Positions 1 to 16,469 of a stretch of DNA of 44,669 nt are shown here, piece by piece. A program made the translations under genes and the position numbers. The DNA comes from Spirogloea muscicola (Eukaryota): positions 1,395,553 to 1,440,221 of the forward strand of contig WELB01000006.1 in assembly GCA_009602725.1 (NCBI GenBank), written 5' to 3'. Within the stretch, counting starts at the first letter, position 1, and each line of letters begins with the position of its first letter. Below the pieces are notes generated by a model, which worked only from the letters and a program-made list of their open reading frames with translations, was not told the DNA's origin and ran no database searches.

Positions 1-3000
1 AGGGAGGGAGGGGGAGAGGGGGAAGGGGGGTGTGAGAGACGAGGAGGAGAGAGGGCGGGAAGGGGAGAGGGGGAGGGCGGGTGTGAGAGACAAGGAGGGG
101 GAGAGGGGGAGGGGGAGAGAGGCGGAGAGGGGCAGGGACCGGGAGAGGGGGAGGGAGGGGGAGAGGCCGGAGAGGCAGAAGGTGGAGGGGAGGGCGAGGG
201 ACGGGGCGCCAGCCCGCGCTGACGACCAGAGGCACGTCGCCATGGGCGACCGGGACGCCAGCGCCAATGAGCAGAACGAGGCCAGGCAGCTGCAGTCGTC
301 AACGGCGCTCGAGGAAGGCCCACAGGAGGGCAGGCCTCAGCACGGCGGCGGCAGCGGTCTTGGCAGCGGCGATGGTGGCGCCAGGGATCGAGAGCCAGAC
401 GACCGGCGCGGCGTGCCTGCGCCGGCTGATCAGTCGGCTGATGGGGACGTGAAGGATGATACGCGGCCGGCCAGGGTGCCCCTTCCGGTTGCCGGCGAGG
501 AGCCGGAGGCCAAGGACACGTCCGTGCTCTCCACAGCTGCCAAGGAAGGCCGGGCACCTGCTGAAGGGGGCCAGAGCGCGGCCAACGTCGACGACCTTCC
601 TCAGAAGCGGCGAGACGACAGCCAGCAATCCGGCGCGTCGTTGGCGGGGAAGTCCACGGAGCAGGAGAGCGGCAGGCCGCGGCGCGGGGATCGGCGGGAC
701 GAGGCGGGGGGGAGCCGGCGGCGGGAGGACCACCGAGAGAGGGACAGGGGGGCGCGGGGGAGCAATGGCCGCCGACGGCCAGAGCCGGAGCGGCCTCGGG
801 AGGTGCACCGGCGCCACCGCCGGTCCCAGTCCCGGTCCAGGTCCAAGTCACCGCGCCGCCGGTCTCGCTCCCGGTCGTGGTCGCCGTCGCACCGGCGGGG
901 CTCGCGCTATGGTGGCGGCAGGGGCCGGTACAGCGGGCGCAGCGGCCTCGGCGGGTACTCGCCGCGGCGGCGCCGCGAGACTGTCGATCTCGTGGCGCCT
1001 GGCGGTGACAGCAAGGGCCGCAGATCGCCCACCAGAGACAGCAGCGGCGATGAGGAGCGGAAGCTGCCAAAGCCGAGCGGCGTGTCGGAGGGGGCCAGGG
1101 CCGCCGGGGCCGCCGCCGGCGCGGCAGCGCCCTTGAACGTGGGCGTCATCGAGATGGTCCGGCAGATGGCCGACATGGCCGCCAAGACGGCGGCAGCCCA
1201 GGCTGCCGCGGCAGCCATCACGGCGGCGACGACCGGCACCTCACCGGCGGTGCCGAGCACGCCGCGCCCACCGGTCCTGCTGGACGCTCTGGGTGTGAAG
1301 CTGCCGTTGACGCCAGCACAGCTGTCTCTCACGCTGCCCATGCTGGCCGGGCAGCTGTCGGCCGGCGGCGCCGCGGCGGCGGCCACGCCCAGCCAGACGA
1401 CGCGGCCGGCGCGGCGGCTGTACATTGGCAACGTGCCGAGCACAGTATCTGGCGACGAGCTCATGGAGTTCATGAACGCCGCCATGCTGTCTGCCAGCCT
1501 CAATCACCTTCCCGCCTCCAAGCCCTGCATCAACTGCACGGTCAGCTCCTCTGATATCCAGCAACTTTATTTGTATGGTCGCCTGACACCTAGTCTGCTT
1601 AAGCAGTGCCTTGCGACGGCGTTTGAGAGTATGTGAGTCGATGGAACACAAGATCTGGCATCTGTGATTCTGGAGCTTCTAGAGCTGTGGCTTGGAGCTT
1701 GCTTTGACAGGTGAATGCTGAGAAAAGCTATGGCTTTGCCGAGTTCATCACTGCGGAAGATGCTTCAGCTGCGCTCGCGCTGGACGGCATTTCCCTTCAT
1801 GGCACTACGCTCAAGCTCCGCCGGCCAAAGGACTTCTACGCTGCCTCAGCTGTACACACCCTCAGACCTTCTAATCTCTGGCGCTCTACTTTAGCTGCTC
1901 AATGATCACTGCCCGGCTGCATCAGTGGTCCAACACACAGCTCGCTTTGTTGTATGTGTCTTACTCTCATCTTGATGAGTGATGCATTTCATGCGAATGC
2001 CAAATGTGCGTTGGTTTGACACTGGTGAAATTTCCCCGTGGTTGCCAGCTTGGCGTGGTTCAGGCAGCAATAGTGGCCGACACTGTATCGAGCACTGTGC
2101 TGGACGGACCAAACAAGGTAACCTCCAGAGCTCTTTCCTGCTATATTATATTGTGAGCGCCATTGCATGACCAATACGTTTGCCAAGGTCCTCGAGCGCG
2201 TCATGTAAGTTGTGCTTAGATAAGCAGAAAACAAGTGCCAATCAGCCTTGGATTGCGCCCTGATCAGATTGGTGCCCTCGTCAAAAGTAGATGGACTCTG
2301 ACATATGCTCACATGCTTATCCCTGGACCTCCCAGGTCTTCATTGGGGGCATATCTCCTTCGCTGACCGCAGAGAAGGTTGATACTCCCAACCCCTAGAA
2401 CATGCATTTACATTGCCTTACTACTCTTAGTTCTCAGAGCAGAGCTTTGTCAGCAAATGCTGCCTCGTGTTGCACAGGATTGGACTTCTTTTCAGCTTGT
2501 GGCAGCACATCATACTTGGTTGATGCTGTTTTTGATGATGCATTTCGGAGGTGACATGACAATTTGACATACCTCTGTGAACTGCAGGTGAAGGAGATCA
2601 TGACAGCCTTCGGCCAGCTGCGAGCCTTTCACATGGAGCTGGACCTTTCTCAAAAGCCAGCCATTGCTTACGCATTCCTTGAGGCAAGACATGGTCGTTG
2701 CTGTTGCTTGAGAATGCCATCAATCCATCAATCATTTTGAGCAGTGAGGATTGTTCACTTGGAAAGTGCTGCAGTCTGTCATCACAGTCATGCCAGCAAT
2801 CAAGCACCTAATAAATGCAGGAGCATTGCATCAATGACCTGCAGTCTTTGTGTTGTAATTGGTAGCAAAGACGTGAAGAGAGTACGACTGTTCTGGTGCT
2901 GTTATAGTAACCAAGGAGAATGTAGTGCAGGTACTAAGCTTGATACCAATTCTATCAATCTCGTGTTGTTCCTTGCTCTCCTCTTTGCCAACGCCAGTAT

Positions 3001-4840
3001 ATGGACCCAGTGACAACACCAGCAGCCTGCATTGGTCTTAATGGGCTGCAATTAGCAGGAAAGACATTGACTGTGATGCACGCAAACACTGGCGCTCCTC
3101 TTCAGGTATTCTAGGACAATCAGAGGCTGCCAGTAGATTTGCATGTGTACTCGTTGTCCATTGCAGTCGCTTTTGGAGACCGGTTAGGCAATGCGTGAGT
3201 CAAGGTCTGCCACGTAGATACCAATCCTTCAGGGATGCACTTGAGCGTGATATTTATCAGCGAGAGCTAGACTTTCGAGCGCAGATCTACGAAAGCGTCT
3301 TGAGTTACCACCAGATTTGTCACAGCTGCCCCGCATGACTTCTCACAGGCAGAGGATGTTTTGGGAGCAACTTACAACGTTCCTTCTGCCGCTCATCCCC
3401 TCCTCGAGGAGCCCACGCGAGTGTTGGAGCTAAAGAACCTGGTGAGGAAGAGCTTGGTCCAGCAGGTTTCAAATAGGCACCGCTGCATAAGAAGCAGCAG
3501 TCGGGAGTCATCGCGTATCCTTTCCCTGAGACACTATCATGCACACGGGCCAATACATGCAAGTCAGCCTTTGATGTCAGCGTGAAGATGGTGGGCGTGT
3601 TCATGGCAGGTCTCCAGGGAGCAGCTTGCAGGCATGACAGCAGAAGAGCTAGCTGAGTTTGAAGACGACGTTCGCTTGGAATGTGCCAGGTCTAGCTTTG
3701 GCTGCCACCTCTGGCGTCATCTGCGCTTGCTGTCCGCTGCTCTGGCTTTGTCATTGCAAAGAAACATAGTAAGGCCCTTCTTTGATGCAGGTATGGTACT
3801 GTCAAATCTTTACATGTTGTGACGGAAGGAACGACAAAAGCAGAGCAGCAAGTGCACCTCGAGAACGGGCATGTCTCGCCAGGTAGCATGCTCGTGGGAG
3901 GCGGCACAACGGCAGCAGCGCTTGTAGCTGAAAGTGGCAATGCGCCTGCTGAGCTGGAGAATGGTGGTCGAAGAGATCTGGCGAAGGAGGATCTTGGAGG
4001 AGTTGGGGTTCGCACTTCTGTTGTGCAGCTCGCTGCTGACCCAGTGAATGGACAGGTAATTCCTGACATACTCACAAGAGGTCAGTCAGTGGGTGAGCAA
4101 GCAGAAGGAGAAGGCCTTGCTGCAGGGAGGCCAGGTGCTGGGGCAATCAAGGCAGAGGCGGTTGAAGCTAGCAGAGCGGCTAGAGTGGTCGCAGCTAGTG
4201 AGCTTGGAGATGCCGTGGCCCCTGTGCAGCCGGCCAACAAGCTCGCGTCTGTGAAGCAAGAGCCGCAGGCTCCTGGTGAGGAGCCCCCAATGGTGGAGGC
4301 TACCCCACCTTTGTCTCGAGCTCTCAAGGCTGAGGAAGGTCACGATGGTGCTGGCATACCCGCTGCCATTCGAGTCCCTGAGATCTGCAATGTGTATGTG
4401 GAGTACTCCCGTGAGGAGTCAGCATGCAGGTGTGCACCTGGCCTTCTCTCCTACACCCTAAATCCCAAACCCTTATGCCAAAACCCTAAAGTTTACAGTG
4501 CACTAGAAGTGGGCCGGCTCCTGTGGCACTCTGACGCTTGCATGTCTCAATCAATATTGAATCTTCGCTATGATAATGCCTTCCTGTAGCGTCAGATCGT
4601 TGCAGTAGCGCGTGAGAATCACTTGATTGCCACTTAAGAAATGTCCGAAGCAATTGCAGGGCCGCTCATGCGCTCCTTGGAAGGAGCTATGGTACAGGAG
4701 TCGTAGCAACTGGATATGTTCCCCTGCGATTTTATCAAAAGGCCTTTAAGAAGGGCTTAGGAGCAAGGTCACATGAGGAAAAGCAGGCTCTGGCCCTGGC
4801 TGTCCAGGAGCACCTCACTGCCCACATTAAAGACCATTGA
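1..4840 (+). CDS. U2AF large-subunit (U2AF65)-like splicing factor: RS-rich N-terminus, two RRMs and a UHM-type third RRM; 5' end probably outside the window
   Basis: RS repeats (RSQSRSRSKSPRRRSRSRS) followed by TRPARRLYIGN. Exons traced in frame: ..1540, 1711-1851, 2064-2117, 2336-2377, 2588-2683, 2998-3105, 3349-3441, 3610-3689, 3791-4429, 4660-4840 (TGA). Motifs include DGPNK|VFIGGIS, AFLE|Y, PTRVLELKNL, EDDVRLECARYGTVKS and VYVEYSREESAC|RAAH. Confidence 0.88.
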
Positions 4841-5060
4841 GTAAATTCAGCAAGTTCTCATTTTGTTGCCACAAAGGTCCTTGTCGCTGCTCTGACTTTA
4901 TAATGTATAATGTCAAGTGAGGTGGGTGGTTTCAAGCATACGAGTAGAGATAGGACGACCCCAGTAAAGTTGCAGCAGAAAATGGGAAAGCTGAAGATGG
5001 GATGCAGAGAAGGGAGTCGTGGGCACTATAAGTGTAGAATAAATGCTTGAGATGAAGTTG

Positions 5061-11349
<6,289 letters not shown>

Positions 11350-11543
11350 GCGGAGCTTCCGTCACGGCACAAGGCGGTGGCTTGGCGCCTGCGCCCCTTG
11401 CGGAAGCACCGCCGGCTGAGTTGACCGGCGGCAGGCCTCTCCTGGNCCCCCCCCCCCCTCGTCCCCCATCCTCATCGGCAGACCCGAGGGAGCTTGACCA
11501 GCCTCCCCACCCCCCCTCCCCCCTCATTCTTCCCCTCTGCGCA

Positions 11544-11916
11544 TCGAGGCCGAGGCTACGCACCGGCTCCATGCCCCCGCGCGCCGGAGTGCCCCCGCCG
11601 GCTGGCGCTGTTGGCGCTGGTAGCGCTGGCATTGGCGGCGAGACACTGTTGCCGCTGCCGCAGGCTGCGACCGGCATGCCAGCTGCCGGCAGCCACCATG
11701 GCAGCCACCAGCCGCAGCTGCCCCGCCAACTGCCGCTGTCTGGGGGCTGCGCGGCTGGTGGCTGCCATGGCAGCAGCTGACATGCCGAGCGCGAGCCTGC
11801 GACAGCGGCAACAGTGCCCCGCCGCCGATGCCAGCGCTACCAGCGCCAACAGCGCCAGCCGGCGGGGGCACTCCCGCGCGCGGGGGCTTGGAGCCGATGC
11901 GCATCCTCGACCTCGA
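11544..11916. repeat. Long imperfect inverted repeat (fold-back hairpin), arms about 175-180 bp, loop about 17 nt
   Basis: 11544 tcgaggccgaggctacgcaccggctccatgcccccgcgcg... matches the reverse complement of 11916-11880. Pairing continues inward to ccatggcagccaccagccgc / gcggctggtggctgccatgg, with the loop near 11725-11741. Confidence 0.92.
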
Positions 11917-12620
11917 CGTGGACGTCCGGCAGCAGCAAGTGCGGGACAGTGGTGGAGGCGCAGTCAGAAGCCAAGGCGATGACGGCAGGGGCTCATGGAG
12001 ACATGAGTGGATAGTCACGCTTATACACGCTGAAGGAGCCGTTGGTTTGGCCAAGAAGAGCGGCGTGGTCAAGCAAGGTGAGCACCGGTCTGCGCAATTG
12101 CGTCATCGTTGCGGACGGTCTTCCGCACCAACCGGTGTCACTGAACCACTCACCGCCTCTTGTCTCCTTCAGGCCAAGCGCTGGCTGAGCGGAAACAGAT
12201 TCGCACCACTATCGTTGGGAAGCATCCGAGCATCAACAAGGACATTGAAGCCTGCCTAGCTAAGTACAAGGGCCTCGACAATTTCTACAAAGACGAGAAA
12301 ACAGGAAAAGGGGCACGAGTGGCGAGGCGGCATCAACTAGTCGCGGGACTGCGGCTGAGGTCTTTGACATCATGGACTCAGGTCAGGTCACGAAGCCTAA
12401 CGTTAGCTATACAGCACATCTTGACAGCGGCGGCTGCTCGACCAATCTTCCGGGCATGGCGCCCAGGATGGAGGCCTTGACAAGTCAGCGGAAGAGGAAG
12501 GTCGACGCACAGGCGTATCGGCTGGAGACGCTGCTGACTCAATTTGTAGAACAACAGCAACAGCATCAGCACTAGCAACAACAGCAACAGCAAGCGGACT
12601 CGCGGGACTTCAAGTCCCTG
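11900..12620 (+). mobile_element. Degenerate Myb/SANT (trihelix)-like ORF, probably the second gene of a PIF/Harbinger transposon
   Basis: SWRHEWIVTLI...|GQALAERKQIRTTIVGKHPSINKDIEACLAKYKGLDNFYK resembles the W..L I..W..I..C..K..L spacing of trihelix/SANT domains. Putative intron 12078-12172. Convergent with a Harbinger transposase. Confidence 0.5.
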
Positions 12621-12629
12621 CTTAGCAGG

Positions 12630-13268
12630 CCGCACATCCTGAACATGGCTTCAAGTGATTATGCCGAAAACTACTACAACTGAAAGAGCCACCACACCGT
12701 GGTCCTGCAGGTGGTCGCTGGCGCAAACGCAAGATTTGGAACTTCGACGTCAGCAGCATGCACGTCTTCAAGGTCTCCTCTTAGAGCAGGATCGACCTGG
12801 CGCGCGAGCGGGACATTTGGAGACTACTGTTTGCTTGGGAATGCAACCTATCCGCCGCGCAGATACATGTTGAGTCCTTACAAAGGCTGCCGGGAGGGGT
12901 TGTCAGCCTTCCAAAAGGACAGGAATTACAGGCAGTCAAGCTCCAGAATGGTGGTCGAGCAGGCATTGGGACATCTCAAGGGGCGGTTCAGAGTACTTCA
13001 GAAGCGGGTGGACGTTCTGCTCAAGACTGTGTCCCTCCATGTCAGGGCCTGCATCGTCTTGCACAACATGTGCTTTGACGACAACGATGCAGTCGATGCC
13101 GACTGGATGCTAGACTGCAAGCCCGCGGACGAGGAGGACATCATCAACCACTCCAATAAAGAAGAAGCAGCTCGAGGTGCTCAGAGGAGGGATGCACTCG
13201 CATGCAGCCTTTATGAATATCAAGACATGGTGCTGGACTGTGATGATAGCATGGACTGCGAAGATCTT
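12630..13268 (+). mobile_element. PIF/Harbinger DDE transposase C-terminal fragment (inverted duplicate, degenerate)
   Basis: VLQVVA..., YCLLGNATYP (GDxxYP degenerate), NYRQSSSRMVVEQALGHLKGRFRVL and ACIVLHNMC are characteristic Harbinger/HARBI1 motifs; frameshifts present. Confidence 0.88.
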
Positions 13269-13382
13269 CTAAGAGACAGATTTGTTGACAGTCTGATAAG
13301 TATATGTACATCAACGTCTTGCAATCAAATTGCTGCCGGCCCTTACTACAGCTTCTCAGTCAGCCTGCAAGAAGCTGGGGTT

Positions 13383-14386
13383 CAAAGTCCTTCGCAGCCA
13401 TGCTGTCGTCACAGTCCAATGAGTCCAGCACCATGTGTATATGTACTTAAGGGTGCATGCGATTGCATCCCTTCTCTGAGCTCCTTGAGCCGCTTCTTGG
13501 ACATTGGAGTGGTTGATGTTGTCCTCGTCGTCCGCGGGCTCCCAGTCTAGCATCCAGTCGGCATTGACCGCATCATTGTCGTCAATGCACATGTTGTGCA
13601 AACGATGCATGACTCAACACACCCCGGCACAGTCTTGAGCTGGACGTCCATCCGCTTCTGAAGAGTTCTGAAGCGCCCTTTGAGATGTCCCAATGCCTGC
13701 TCGACCACCATCCTGGAGCGTGACTGCCTGTAACCCAGTCCCTTTGCAGGGCTGACAATCTTTCCCGGCAGCCTTCATAAGGCCTCAGCATGTATCCACG
13801 CGGCAGATAGGCTGCATCCCCAAGCAAACAGTAGTCTCGAAGTCTCCCGCTCGCGCACGCCAGGCCGATCCTGCTCTGCGAGAGGACCGTGAAGTGCATG
13901 CTGCAGCACCGGCCTACGTCGAAGTTCCAGATCTTGCGGTTTGCGTCAGCGACCACCTGCAGGACCACAGAGTGGTGGCTCTAGTCGTTGTTGTTTTCGG
14001 CAAGAAGACTTGGAGCCATGATAGGGATGTGCGAGCTGTCGACTGCGCCGGTGACGAGCGGGATGCCTGCGAGCTCCTGGATTCTCGGCGGCCATGCCGG
14101 CCATCTCCTCGTGCGTCGGCCACTTGACTTGCTCTGGCAGCAGGATGACTTCGATGGCGATCAGCACCTCTCTGATGGTGATGCTAGCCGTGTTCCCCCG
14201 TATCCCGACAAAATCGGATGTGGCCCTCACAGGGCTTCCAGTTGCCAGGCCACGCAGCGTGGCCACAATCCGCGCTGTCACCGGCACAGCTGCTCTGAAC
14301 TTCGTGCCCCGCTTCTCAATCATGCAGCCGAGAGCCTGGACCAGCTTGTCGAAGACTCTCCCAGGTCTATTGCATGCTTCAGTCAA
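13383..14386 (-). mobile_element. PIF/Harbinger transposase, degenerate (HTH plus DDE region)
   Basis: VFDKLVQAL..GTKFRAAVPVTARIVATLRGLATGS...FVGI..NTAS..IREV...VKWPT, then GAVDSSHI-like, VLQVVADANRKIWNFDVG and LLGDAAY; frameshifted. Confidence 0.9.
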
Positions 14387-14527
14387 TCTCCCTCCAGCGG
14401 CACATGGCCCACGCCTTGCATCTGCGTGCTGGCCGTGCTCTCGCTGCAGCCTCGGGCTTTCGTCAGGGGTATCGTTTTCCGGCAGCTGGTCTGTCGGATT
14501 TGAGGCTCCTCACTCGTAGCTACTGGG
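14376..14527 (+). mobile_element. 3'-terminal fragment of a CRE-type non-LTR retrotransposon
   Basis: SLQRHMAHALHLRAGRALAAASGFRQG...LSDLRLLTRSY, homologous to the LTRGY-ending fragments elsewhere in the window. Confidence 0.75.
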
Positions 14528-14544
14528 TAGTCCATCCTACACCG

Positions 14545-16150
14545 AAGAAAGTGCTCGCCCATTGAGAATAGGGGCTGGAAAAGCCAGCCCAATAAAGAGT
14601 CAACAACGACGCCCGTTCTACTATAGCATTTTGAGGCCCCCCCGTCATTTGGCCCCTTCGAACCTTGGTCAATTCTGTTCGGGCTGGCTTCTCATGCCGG
14701 CAGAGCCCTCGCTGCTGCCTCTGGCTCTGGCCAGGGGACCCACTTCCACGAGCCTAGCATCTCCGACCTGCGGCTGCTTAGCTCTCCTGTCTAGAAAGAA
14801 GTTGCTCGCCCATTGAGAAGAGGGGCTGGCAAAGCCAACCCAAAAAGAATGGACAATGTTCAAAGCCAAAGAAAGAGGTGCTGAAAAAGGACTACACTAC
14901 AAAGTGCAAGACGGTGCAGACCAGATGGCTGCTCAGTATCCACGTGTGAGCAACAGCAGATCAGAGTAACTCGGAGCAGGAGAAGCGGCACTCTGCCGAG
15001 ACCCGGAAGCAGCAGCCATAGCACGGCCAGCCCGCGCGTGGACCGCATGAGCCAAAGAGCGCTGCAGCGAGACCGCCAGCCTCATCCGAAAGACCTGCGA
15101 GAGGGAGCCGGCAGCATTGAAGCCTGGCGAACNNNNNNNNNNNNNNNNNNNNNNNNNNNNNNNNNNNNNNNNNNNNNNNNNNNNNNNNNNNNNNNNNNNN
15201 NNNNNNNNNNNNNNNNNNNNNNNNNNNNNNNNNNNNNNNNNNNNNNNNNNNNNNNNNNNNNNNNNNNNNNNNNNNNNNNNNNNNNNNNNNNNNNNNNNNN
15301 NNNNNNNNNNNNNNNNNNNNNNNNNNNNNNNNNNNNNNNNNNNNNNNNNNNNNNNNNNNNNNNNNNNNNNNNNNNNNNNNNNNNNNNNNNNNNNNNNNNN
15401 NNNNNNNNNNNNNNNNNNNNNNNNNNNNNNNNNNNNNNNNNNNNNNNNNNNNNNNNNNNNNNNNNNNNNNNNNNNNNNNNNNNNNNNNNNNNNNNNNNNN
15501 NNNNNNNNNNNNNNNNNNNNNNNNNNNNNNNNNNNNNNNNNNNNNNNNNNNNNNNNNNNNNNNNNNNNNNNNNNNNNNNNNNNNNNNNNNNNNNNNNNNN
15601 NNNNNNNNNNNNNNNNNNNNNNNNNNNNNNNNNNNNNNNNNNNNNNNNNNNNNNNNNNNNNNNNNNNNNNNNNNNNNNNNNNNNNNNNNNNNNNNNNNNN
15701 NNNNNNNNNNNNNNNNNNNNNNNNNNNNNNNNNNNNNNNNNNNNNNNNNNNNNNNNNNNNNNNNNNNNNNNNNNNNNNNNNNNNNNNNNNNNNNNNNNNN
15801 NNNNNNNNNNNNNNNNNNNNNNNNNNNNNNNNNNNNNNNNNNNNNNNNNNNNNNNNNNNNNNNNNNNNNNNNNNNNNNNNNNNNNNNNNNNNNNNNNNNN
15901 NNNNNNNNNNNNNNNNNNNNNNNNNNGCCATGGACCGCTGCAGGGATACAGAGAGGCGCATCCGATATACCTGAGCCCACGAGCCCGCGGCGTTGAAGTC
16001 GGCTAGCTCGCCGCGTCTGCGGGACACAGCCCGCCGCGCAAGCCTAGCCAATAGGTCAAGCCACTGGGACCCAAGAGCCCCGTGCACGTCCACCGCCAAG
16101 GGGACGAACTCGTCGGCAGGTGGGTGATCGGAGTGCTTGGCCGCCTTGCA
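14545..16150 (-). mobile_element. At least two tandem 3'-terminal CRE-type retrotransposon fragments plus 3' UTR, spanning an N-gap
   Basis: Both sides of the gap encode the same segment (FNAAGS..QV.RMRL.VSLQRS). 16150-15926 also carries FVPLAVDVHGALG, the C-terminal motif of CRE-like endonucleases. The ORF ends LLLTRGY* at 14933, followed by 3' UTR stem-loop units at 14858-14803 and 14600-14545. Confidence 0.8.
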
Positions 16151-16467
16151 GAGTGCCACTTCTCCTGCTCCGAGTTACTCTGATCTGCTGTTGCTCACAC
16201 GTGGATACTGAGCAGCCATCTGCATCTCCCTCTGCACCGTCTTGCACTTTGTAGTGTAGTGCTTTTTCAGCACCTCTTTCTTTGGCTTTGAACATTGTCC
16301 ATTCTTTTTGGGTTGGCTTTGCCAGCCCCTCTTCTCAATGGGCGAGCACCTTCTTTCTTCCCCTGGCCCCCTTCTCGTACTCTGTTCATTCTTTTTCGGG
16401 CTGGTTGTTCCAGCCCCTATTCTCAATGGGCGAGCACTTTCTTCTTATTCTCAATGGGCGTGCACTT
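16150..16467 (+). repeat. CRE 3' end (LTRGY* plus 3' UTR) with tandem ~57-bp stem-loop units; inverted copy of 14801-14996
   Basis: 16150-16350 is a near-perfect reverse complement of 14996-14801. Units at 16296-16352 and 16382-16440; partial unit at 16446-16467. Confidence 0.88.
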
Positions 16468-16469
16468 CT

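Noticed and set aside
1..200. Purine-only GA-rich tract
   Set aside because: Consistent with low-complexity Arg/Glu/Gly codons of the splicing-factor N-terminus.
299..1651. Numerous antisense and alternative-frame ORFs in GC-rich regions (also 11100-12070, 16282-17318, 27074-27941)
   Set aside because: Expected from stop-codon scarcity at high GC; low-complexity translations with no domain motifs.
14625..14660. attttgaggcc plus weak stem, resembling an snRNA Sm site; similar U-tract plus hairpin at 16301-16328
   Set aside because: No upstream U1/U2/U4/U5 or spliced-leader core sequence is recognisable.
14933..16159. Long ORFs (285-473 aa) here and at 24447-25165 and 34324-36032
   Set aside because: Artefacts of translating through N-gaps.
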